DNA from: Convolutriloba macropyga | Lineage: Eukaryota | NCBI RefSeq assembly: GCF_964194025.1 | Contig: NC_134470.1 | Span: 37,882,001 to 37,946,000 of the forward strand | Direction: 5' to 3' | Length of the DNA: 64,000 nucleotides | Shown here: one piece after another, positions 20,818 through 31,600 of the stretch | Position numbering within the stretch: the first letter of the stretch is position 1 | Layout: every line of letters starts with the position of its first letter | Notes under the pieces: generated by a model | What the model saw: only the letters and a program-made list of their open reading frames with translations | What the model was told of the DNA's origin: nothing | The model's database searches: none | Translations under genes and position numbers: made by a program

Positions 20818-21399
20818 CTATTCTATTGGAGAACACTTATAGTTCGAGAAAGGAATATTTTGATGAGATGATTGAGTCTCTTCATTGTCAGTTTCCTGGA
20901 TCGGAGGAAGAATAAGGTCTTTGAAATCGGGCAGATTGAAGGCTTCTGGTTTTTTAGAAAATGAGTCAGCATGCTTGGAGAACATGTCTTCTACCCACCA
21001 AACACCGTAGTGATTTATGTCACGAGAGTACGGGAACATAATTCCTTTGCTGTCTTTCAACGGGTGAAACCCTTGTTCTTTTGGAATTCTTTCAATGGTT
21101 TGAAAATAAGTTTGGAGAGAAAGCAATGAATTGTTGACTTTTTCTTCGGCTAGGTGGAGGTTATGATGTCTAGCTGCCTCTAAAGTTCTCCACAAATCCT
21201 TCGGAAGTGTCAAGCTAGTTGTCTGAGTTTTAATTGTTACTCTAGTGCAATCCACCTCAAAAGATAATTCCAAATTGTTATCGGTTACTACCGTTTTAAA
21301 TATTGATGCTTCCGTGATAGGAGCGTAATCTAAATCTGAATGAAAAGTGGAAAGAAAAGATGTTGAAGGAAGTAAAGGAAGAATTGGAGTATTTTGCAT
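20818..21399 (-). CDS. Polinton hypothetical protein, possibly a single PC4-like fold
   Basis: 193-aa ATG ORF with an Inr upstream. RVTIKTQTTSLTLPKDLWRTL resembles the PC4 C-terminal 'ISLxxxxWxxL' motif. Confidence 0.65.
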   Translation of the reverse strand: MQNTPILPLLPSTSFLSTFHSDLDYAPITEASIFKTVVTDNNLELSFEVDCTRVTIKTQTTSLTLPKDLWRTLEAARHHNLHLAEEKVNNSLLSLQTYFQTIERIPKEQGFHPLKDSKGIMFPYSRDINHYGVWWVEDMFSKHADSFSKKPEAFNLPDFKDLILPPIQETDNEETQSSHQNIPFSNYKCSPIE

Positions 21400-21689
21400 T
21401 TTTTTTTAGGCTACTGATGTTCATCCAAGACAAAAGACAAAATGAATCGTAAATGTTTTTCAGCATCAACATTCCAAAATCAGATCTGACAGATTATGTG
21501 ATTGGTTAAAAATAAAAAAATAAGAAAGACATTTTCAAAACAATAATACAACTTTTTCTGAAATCGGAAAATTGGAACTTCAGTTTAAAACGACACAGTG
21601 AAACACTATTTCAAACATAAAATTGATTAAAATTGTACAAAAATCTAAAAATCAAAAATAAAAAATTGTACTTTTTTGTTAATATGCGA

Positions 21690-22785
21690 ATGGGTGGGTA
21701 AATGACCTTATTAGTTTGTTGTTAAGACACTATCTTGCTAATCCCTTTAATTTGAAGAGCTTGGGTATCTTACTGTGAGGTACATTTTTGAAAATCACGT
21801 AAGCTGTACATAAGTGTAAATGAGTCATCCTATCTATTTTAACATTAAAACATTACCTAGCTAATCCCCCTTTGTGTGAACAGCTTGGTGTCATGCTGTG
21901 AGGTACATTTTTGAAAAGTCGTATGTAACTGTAAATGAGTCATCCTAAATTATTATTGAAGGATTATCTTGCTAATCCCCTTCGTGTGAACAGCTTGGTT
22001 ATCATGCTGTGAGGAGGTACATCTTTGGAAATTTACGTTATTAAAGTGTTATTTTGTAGAGGGTCGATGACCTTATTAATTTGTTGTGAAATCACTATCT
22101 TGCTAATCCCCTTCGTGTGAACAGCTTGGGTGACATGCTGTGAGGTACACTTTTGAAAATTTACATTAGTAAACTGTAATATGGTAGGGGGTCAATGACT
22201 TGACTGATTTGCTGTTAAGGCACTATCTTGCTAATCCCCTTCGTGTGAACAGCGTGGGTATCATGCTGTGAGGTACGTCTTTAGAAATTTACATTATTAA
22301 AGTGCAATATGGGAATGAGTAAATGGCCTAATTTAATATTAAGGGATTAACTTGCTAATCCCCCTCGTGTGAACAGCGTGGGTATCATGCTGTGAGGAGG
22401 TACATCTTTGGAAATTTACGTTATTAAAGTGTTATTTTGTAGAGGGTCGATGACCTTATTAATTTGTTGTGAAATCACTATCTTGCTAATCCCCTTCGTG
22501 TGAACAGCTTGGGTGACATGCTGTGAGGTACACTTTTGAAAATTTACATTAGTAAACTGTAATATGGTAGGGGGTCAATGACCTGACTGATTTGCTGTTA
22601 AGGCACTATCTTGCTAATCCCCTTCGTGTGAACAGCGTGGGTATCATGCTGTGAGGTACGTCTTTAGAAATTTACATTATTAAAGTGCAATATGGGAATG
22701 AGTAAATGGCCTAATTTAATATTAAGGGATTAACTTGCTAATCCCCCTCGTGTGAACAGCGTGGGTATCAAGCTGTGAGGTACTT
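21690..22785 (-). repeat. Right subterminal tandem array, 9 cores, including a ~383-bp three-unit duplication
   Basis: Reverse-complement cores of the left array. 22000-22382 is repeated at 22383-22765. Confidence 0.92.
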
Positions 22786-22879
22786 CTTTGGGATTTGAGG
22801 GAAATTGGGCTATACCTAATGTTAATACATAGGTACTTCCTTTTACCCCCCCCCCCTGATCTGCTCACATATTACTACT
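22638..22879 (-). repeat. Right terminal inverted repeat (near-perfect part)
   Basis: Reverse complement of 6515-6759. Confidence 0.95.
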
Positions 22880-24573
22880 AATTAATAAACTCTCTCAAAA
22901 TAGCAAATCTTTGCTTAAACTTAGAGCTCTACAATAGGCAGACTTTATTCACATATCATTACGGAGAGAACATATGTTCATCTCGAGCCTCAAAAGGTGT
23001 TTATTGGAGGAAATTAAATACACTATTGGAAACAGTACAGTCGATTGAATCACAGCAGAAATTTTCCACAAAAATCACAATGATTAACTTGTATGCAAGG
23101 ACGGTTTCTTAGGGGCCGAAACAGTGTTAGTCATTCAAAGTGTTTATGAAGTCAGCCAACAAAAGCAAATAATTGAAACAAGACTTTGTCTGGAAACAAA
23201 AATGACAAGCAATTCTTAAGGAATCACAATTTGAAAACAACATTATTTGGAACGATGTTTTCATGACGCCGAAAAATCCAGATTTCGAACCAACATCACA
23301 AGTGCTACATAATAAACCGATAACTAGATACCTTCCATAATTAGATCAAATTTGTGCTGTGCAAAGCATCGCACAATTTGCCCAATAAGGTAGTAATTTT
23401 ACGAAATGTCCACGACTAAAATGACTAAACCAGAATCTCAGTTCAAATGGTAAAAGATTTGATGCCCAAAACAGTTATTTCTGGACTATAGTGAGCAACG
23501 GCAATATAGTACTTGGAAACCATTGGAAACAAAATTGTTCACTCAATTATATCAAAAAAATCTTAATATTCCGCATGACCACAAAATTAACTTCAAATTG
23601 AAGACACTATTTGTCCAGTCGTAAATGGTAAATTCAATATACTCGGAGTCGTTAGATTTTATGACTAGCCAGAAATATTTAAAATCAAGAACTTTTCTTA
23701 AACAAGAGTTCCTCATTTCTGTTTAGCTTGAATTCCAAAGCGCTAAATTTCTCCACAAACGAACATGAACGGAGCAAGAAAGGAACGATTTCTTCCGGGT
23801 CAAAGCAGCATTTAATGATTCAATATCACCTTACGTTTATAGAGTTGTACTGCAGGACAGAAGCCAATAATTTAGAAGTGCCTTTCGCGAAAAAATCAAA
23901 ACAATCTCTCGAAAAACGACTTGAAACAGCAAGGATTCGTCGAAGAATAGTTTTAAAACAAAGTCAATCGGGACTTCAATACTAAGTTTATAATTAGTTT
24001 ATATTAATATAAACAGTGAACTAATTTTTTTTCAACATTCAGATAGCTTCAATTGTCTTTTGTGACATCGTGCTGTGTAATATAAACACTGCTTTCAAAG
24101 GCAGAAGCCGAAGTCCTGGTGAAAGCCAGAAATCGTCACAATTTTACGGAATTTTTCGTACCAGCGACCTCAAATTTTAATTGAAAGCAGAACTTTAGTT
24201 CAAATAGTAACGTATATATCAGTGCTGAAATATATCCGGTAGAAGTTGGAGGTCGGCGGCGTGTATTTTTCTTAAAACACAAGCGATGTTTTGAAAAACT
24301 TTACTCTTCTCAACTGCTATAGTATAGACTTCTTCAAAAATCCTCATATTATCAAGCAAGATAAATTCTTTTTTTGGAAAACAGTTTTATCGACAATTGA
24401 TTGGGTAATCTACTTGGAATCTGAAAACGTTACTGGAGCTATCTTGACTTATTGTTTTTCGTCAGCCGGTGAGATCAAACCAGTTTATTTTTCTTTCTTT
24501 TCAGGTCAACATCTTTTTTTTGCTATGTTTACCTAAGACTTTGTCATAAAAACCCAAAGTATCCGACATCAAA

Positions 24574-25487
24574 ATGGAGACAACTGCACTAGCAAAATGC
24601 AATAGAGAAAAATTGATACAAGAAATTTTGAAAATAAGAGAAAATAAAAGAACATCACTTAGTAGTAGTTTGCAACAATGTGAAATAGATGAGGTCAGGA
24701 AATATGTAGAATTATATAAAGAAAAAGCTGCGTTAATTGAACAACAAAAAAAAACTTCGAGCAGCCTTAGACAACGAAAAAAGATTATATGATCAGCCAA
24801 CGTCGGAAATCATTCACTTGAGAGCTCAAAATGACAAAATGCCGACAAAAATTATTGATGGTATGGATGGCAATGAACGTTAAGCGTCTGACTGCTAGCA
24901 AAAAGTTTTCCCCCAAATTTGCAATTTGCACCTAGTTTTGCAAAAAAATTAGTTATTTCTGACAACACGTTCAAATTTGTAAAACAAAGCGATATCAGTA
25001 GCGAAAGAGCTATACACTCTACCCATCTGCAACCATTCATGACGTCAACAGTACCATTGATTCGTATTCAACAGGAACAAAGTCGGAAAGCCTTATATTT
25101 CACCTTGGGCATAACACTATTGATCAGGGTACTGACGGAAAAAAAGCAGCAGAGCAAAATGGTGACCTGGTTGGCAAATGTATCACAAAATTCAAGCCAC
25201 ATAAGGTTGCCATTTGCAAAATACCGAATGCAAAGAATGGTCTGTATGGAAGAGATGTGAATAACAAAGAAATTAATGATAACAACAAGGACGTCAATAA
25301 TATAACCGATCAACTTAATGGTGAATTTCAGTCGTGTAAAGTAAATGTCCTGAATTACGACGTGGAAAACAGAGATATAAGGAATGATGGTGTTCACCCT
25401 AATTTAGATGGAATTCAAAATGGTAGCGACTCTGAGAAATCAATTGAAAACGATTGGTTACAATTGTTCAACAAACGATGTCTCTAA
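24574..25487 (+). pseudogene. LINE ORF1 remnant (coiled coil plus SGNH esterase-like domain)
   Basis: Coiled-coil N-terminus, then HLGHN...DGVHPN (SGNH block III and V-like) across frameshifts. Confidence 0.7.
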
Positions 25488-25662
25488 GACAACTTCCACC
25501 AAAGCGCAAAGATCTTTTTGTACCCATGAGGGATGGATGGAATAATTTCAACAATCGTATTGAATTCTGATACGCTTAGAAATCATTAAGAATGTTTTAT
25601 TCGGGATGTGTGTGGATTTTTATCTTGGTTTTAATTTTGATTAAGTTTTTTTCTAGAAAAGA

Positions 25663-28640
25663 TTGAGTTTCTCGAAAGTCACTCGAATTAATGTAAACTT
25701 GAAAAACCTAACTGCCGTGATATCGTGCAGATCAAAAATTTTTTTCTATGGTTCGGAATATTTAACAAAATATCTACAAAAATGTAGTGACATTGAAAGA
25801 AACTCAGTTCCATCAAATTTGGATATAACAACAATTGAAAAGTACAATGCTGGGCGTGGGAGAAACTCGGAGTTTCTCAAGTTTTGGTATATGAATTGTA
25901 GAAGCCTCAGTAAAAAACATGAACAACTGTCTCGTTTCTTGAAAAAACTTGATGAAACTTCATTCCTAGTTGTTACCGAAACTGACATTCCCGAGTTTTA
26001 TCCGTGCAATAGTCATCACTTTGTTCAACAACCAAGATCATCATTAACTAATGTACAGATAGGTGGAGGGGTAGGTATCTGGGCTCCCAAACAGCTTACA
26101 GTAAAAATGAGAATGATTTGAACACAAGAGAAGTTTTTTTTGAGTAAATGTGGATTGAAAATGATAAGCCTTTAACACAAAAACTACTCATTAATGTAAC
26201 ATACTGCCCCAATGTAAAAATTTCTAGCTTTTTTCTGGATAAAATGACTGTAGAAATCTCAAATGGGTATTCGTATACAGATAATCTAATTTTATTCGGA
26301 GATTACAATATAAACTTGTTAGGCGCAAAAGGTAGACAGTCACTCGATATTGTCACAGCAAACAATGGGCTATGTTACGTTAATGAAACGGAGGCAACAT
26401 GGACAAATGGTGAAAAATATTCGTTAAATGATCACTGTTTTATCTCGACCAACCAATTTTTTGAAGCCAATGTTCGAGAGTCGACTCTTGGAGTTGATCA
26501 CTTCCCAATAGTATATCAGTAATCATTAAAGGGAGATCACAGTGACAAGAAGAGACAGTTTTTGATACGAAATACCAACAAATATAAAAGATCAAATTTC
26601 AATCGTCATATTGCGCTGCAAGATTGGTCTCCTATGTACCAGATAAATGAGCCTAACGATATGTTTTTGAAATTTATCGACATTTGCTAAAAAATATACT
26701 GAGTTGTCATGCGCCCTTGAAGTTCGTAGAAAGTATTACCAAAAAACAACAAAAGCAATGGTTGACAAAGGAATTACGTGGTCTCATAAATGAAGAACAC
26801 CGTCTTTTTAATGCGTGGAAGAAAAGCCCAAAACCAGAGATTTATAATATTTACAAATCTTTACGCAATTCAGAGAATAAAAAACTGAAAAAAGCTGGAG
26901 ACGATTATACAAAGAACTTTTTCCAGCAGCTACCAACTTCAAGAGAACAATGGAAATTAATCAAAAACAGGATCAACTCCAACAGTCAAATAGAAAAAAA
27001 TTGACAAATTAAGGGAGGTAGTCATTTTGTTGAGGATGACAGAAAGCATGCCAATATTCTTAACTGTTTTGCGAGGCTCGGATTATACAAAGCCAAAGAC
27101 GTTTCTCCAAATCATTCTTCCCTAACATTTGAGGGACCGGAATTTAGCTTCCGACCAGTCACAAGAAAAGAATTGTATAATGTTATTGATAATCTACCCA
27201 AGCATAAATCGCCCGGACCGGGCTATATACCAGCATGGGCGCTAAAAGATAGTAAACTGTCTATTGGAACTCATTTAACATTTGTCGTCAATGAATGTAT
27301 TCACAAAAACACGTCTCCTTATATTTAGAAAACAGCCCATGTTACAACTGTTTATAAGAAAGGAGACCGAATAGAACCAGAAAACTATCGACCCATATCA
27401 GTCACACCAACTCCAGCAAAAATTTTTGAGCGATTAATACTTGAACAACTAACTCACCACCTAACTCTTAATGGTCTGATTAACAAGAATCAATTCGGAT
27501 TTTAAAAGCATATGTGCTGTCTCGATACTATCATTTCATTAACTGAAAAAAAAACCAATGCATTGACGAAAACGAGTTTTCTTCGACTTAGCAAAGGCTT
27601 TCAACTCAATACCCATAGATGTTTTATGAACAAAACAAAAAGGTATGGAATTGGAGAAAATGCAAGAAACTTCTTAAACTCCTCCCTTTGTGATAGAAAA
27701 CAGTGTGTAAAAAATGGGATAGTAAAATCAGATTGGGTTGTCATAAATCACGGTGCTTCTCAGGGAACTGTCTTAGGGCCTTTAATTTTTATACTTTGCA
27801 TGTCATGCAAAGAATGAAGCAAATTTGCAGCTAATAGCTGAAGATACATTAAACAAGACAGATCAAAATATGAAATAAAACAGGTTAACCTTGAATGAGG
27901 AAAAACGGAGTTAATGGTGTTCAGGAATGAAAAATTGCCCATCATTGAAACGGTCGATTTCAAGGGACACCGATTCGAAGCATCTGAAAAATGTAGATAT
28001 TTAGGTGTAATAACTAATAGGGAACTGACATACCAAAATCAACTAAATAAGGTTATTAGTAAAATGGCTTCAGCAATCAGATCACTATATTTGGTTCGTT
28101 ATCAGGTACCGTTAAAAACAAGAATAAATCTTTTTAAATCTCTAGTTTTGTCTCATTTAGATTTTAGTGCGATTTTTTTTTATAAAATTACCAACTTACT
28201 CCGTTGACAGAATTAACAAACAGATAAACTGGGGCATAAAAGTTTGCTTTATGAAAACCAAATAGGACGCTTCATGAGATCTACTTCTGGACTAAAATTC
28301 TTCCAGCAGAGCTCCAAATAACACGGGTGTCTAAATAGGTTTTTCAATATTCTCGAACAAACAAGAAATCGCTCAAAAAAACATTTCAGATTTTTAGAAA
28401 ACGTGCCAATTATTGCAAACAAACGAGCCCATAACCTTTTCTTAGAACAAAAATGTAAGTCAAAATGGAGGAATGGTTCAATTGTTCGTAATTCGGAAAT
28501 GGAACACAATTCCACTTAAAATTAGAAAAAAAACGTCGAAGACCAAATTTAAACAAAAAGTTACAGCGGAAATGCTTAAACGACATGAAATAGTTCAAAT
28601 AGACAGAAGGGTTGCAGGATTCAAACATATTTTTTATTGA
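25663..28640 (+). pseudogene. LINE ORF2 remnant (APE endonuclease plus reverse transcriptase)
   Basis: MNCRSL, VTET, GGGVGIW, FGDYNINL, DHFP; KSPGPG, YKKGD..NYRPIS, NQFGF, GASQGTVLGPLIF. The YADD region appears deleted. Confidence 0.88.
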
Positions 28641-31600
28641 ACTGTTTTAAGAAAACCGAACCTTAGTTTGTTGGTAATTAGAAAATAATAATGTTTGATT
28701 AATAAATTTCTAAAATGTAACATTAACCAAGTGGTTAGTTTAATTTACATGTTTCAGATTTAAAAAAAAGATTGCCCGAAAATAGCAGCGAGATAGACCG
28801 TTCAGTCCCTTAGTTAAAAAAGATTGAATTGATTAAAGACAAAACAAATTAGCCAAATAATTAATTGAAAACTTTGATTTCAACAGTTTCGATAAGCTTC
28901 GAGGTATTTCTAATTTGGTCGACCTCAGAGTACAGATGCCAATTACTTGAGAGGTAAATCATATAAGTTTCCAAAAAATAGTCACACCGGCTGGAAAAAT
29001 CATACAGAGAGAGTAACCAATGGCATCACGCACAGAAGTTCTGATGAGCGATCAAAGTTATCAGAAAGAATCAAACTTCTTGGCGTGTGAAAATAGGGAA
29101 ACGACGAAATCTGAAACGATTCGAAAACTTCTTCTCAGCAAAACTCCAATCTTCGCCAGAACTATCTGCCATAAAAAATGAGCAAAACATTTAGAAGCGA
29201 TATTAAGTCAAATAACAATGAAAAAAATTATATAACTAATTTGAATGACTTATTAAATTCAACATAAAACAAAAAAGTAACAACGCAAAAGCACAGTGCA
29301 GACACGATACCATGCAAGCTTTAAACGCTACCCTAACTTCTCTAATTATAAAAACTTGAAAAAAACTGGCGAAAGTAGTTACATTTTTTGTCAAAATTCT
29401 CATCCAGAATACTTTATGCCAACAAACGCTCAATTAAATTGTAATTAATCATGGTGGTGAGCTATATGCATCTATTGTGCTTCGAAAAAATGCAAAACAA
29501 TTACTTCTTGAAAAATCGCCGTAAATTAAAAATCTGCTCAAAACTGGAAAACCGAATTAGCTCAAAACCCGTTCCAATCGTCGAACAGCTGGCAGCAGAA
29601 TCAAAAGGATATAAAAGGGAAAAGATCAGACATAGCCGTCAGCTTGCCGGAATATGTGCGAAGGAATAGACTTCCGTGCCTTATGATAGAGATAGAAACA
29701 TACAGATATAAGTTAACGCTACTCAAGAAGCTATGTAAAAAAATTCAGCGCTAAATTAATTTAACTTATTCATTAGAATTCGTTGCGCAGAAGCCTTTTC
29801 AGGTTCTTAGGGACCTTTGTTACAGATATGATTTCCTCTGATCTTAAACTAATTCAGAATAAACTCAAATTTGAAAGTGCAAATGTTAATTTATTAAGTG
29901 AGGTAAGTCACATATGATCATAATCTATTTAGTCGTCTGACACTTTCCAAAAATATTAAAATAAAACTGAAAAACAATGTCAAAATGCCACAATTGAACA
30001 AAAAACCACTAGCGAGAAGAGGAAATTTGGTCTAAAAAACACTAGGTCTGAATGGACTATGAATGGATTAGGAAAACCATTTGAAAAATTAAAAAAAAAT
30101 CGAAAAAATTGAATTGAAATTGTCCCATGTGAACAAAAAACAATAGCGAGAAGCAAAATTTTGTTCCGACACCATTATATCACTACTTTAAAATTAGAGC
30201 GAAAAAACTTCACGCCGCAAAACCACTAGCTTTTTCGCTCCACTTCCTGTTTCGGCGTGACCAAAATCAATACTCCAATTTGACTTCAAAAATCAAGACA
30301 ATGTGTGAACAGATCTTGAAAAAAGACAGCGCCCCAATACAATTCAAATTGTTTGTATTGCAAAGAACGAAGAGCACCGCAATATAGCTTCACTCAGCTC
30401 ACAGCTTCGCAGCTATAAAAAAATCATTTAATTAAAAGCTGAGATGTTACATTTTGATTAGGAACCATTTTGATTAAAGTTAATATTATTTCTATTAGCT
30501 GTTCTCAAACAACCTTCAATTAGAGCGACACGCACTCACTTGACCTTATCTCTTTTAAATAGAGTAACGAAAAGTTAATTTCAGAATGAGGAAGTCATTT
30601 TTTAGAGTGAGGTAAGCCGTGTGACCAAACAATTAATCACGCGAATGAACAAAAAAATTGCTCTAATAAGAGTGAAAATGACGTCACATACACAATTCAG
30701 TCAAAAATGCAAGAAAGAATGAACAAAAAGCAGATTTGAAGTGATTGTGACGTCATATGGTTGTAACCAAAATCTTGACGAAATGAAAAAAAAAATAAAG
30801 AAGGCCAATAATAGCCCCAGCTATCGCTGTGCGGCAATTATAGACTTCAAAACGCATTCAAAACATCTTTGATATTAATGCTCGCGCCTACTTGAAACTT
30901 TTCAGCAAAAACGTTATTTAAAATTAAAGAAAAAAAAACGCTTGAAAATTCAGCAACAGGAAAATTCTTCACAACTCAATTTCTCTCCCTAAAAAAGGGT
31001 ATTAATAAAATCCACCCTTTCTTTGCTCCCCTCTTTAAATTTCGTCAACAGTTAAATCACTAAAGTAAACCACGTGCGCCCATTTCTGTATCAAACTCAC
31101 TCCACAAAAATTTGATTAAACAAAGGCACGCCTCCAAAACTCCTCTTCTCGAATTAAAAAAAATAGGAAGAGACCAATCATAGCCTCATTATCTCTTGGA
31201 GACAATCAAAAAACCAGTTGTTTCTGTACGCAGTTTTTAACGAAAAGTTCAGCGAAACACTACAGGGTAATCTGTAGTAATCAAAAACGGTAATTGAAAA
31301 GAATTCACACACACAGAGCTTCAAATTCGCTTATTATTGTTCCCTGTAAATGCAACTTGTGCCTTCTATAGGTATTTGTTCCGAACCCCACTTTAGTGGG
31401 TAGGGAGGAACTATATACTCAACCTGGTTTTTTTTTGTTTACACAATTTTGGCCGATCGATATATTCAACGGATAGAGTTGTTAGTGGAATCATTAAATA
31501 GCACATACATCCTAGAAAATGGACAAAAAGATTTCGAATTTCGTTTTTTACAGGGAGTTATCGAGAATTCAATTTTGGTGAATATTCGAAAGTTTCTATT

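Larger units (their letters stand above)
6515..22879. mobile_element. Complete Polinton/Maverick (alpha-adintovirus-like) endogenous DNA virus, 16,365 bp
   Basis: Termini AGTAGTAATATGTGAGCAG / CTGCTCACATATTACTACT. TSD AATTAA at 6509-6514 and 22880-22885. Encodes pPolB, DDE integrase, adenain, MCP, mCP and ATPase. Confidence 0.98.
24574..28835 (+). mobile_element. Degenerate CR1/L2-type non-LTR retrotransposon (LINE)
   Basis: Fragmented ORF1 and ORF2 with many stops and frameshifts. 3' end has a short gattga-like tail near 28822-28835. The 5' boundary is not defined. Confidence 0.88.

Noticed and set aside
29034-29080. Hammerhead ribozyme (agaagtt-CTGATGA...GAAA...aacttct)
   Set aside because: Stem I pairs, but stem II does not close and stem III/UH geometry is not canonical.
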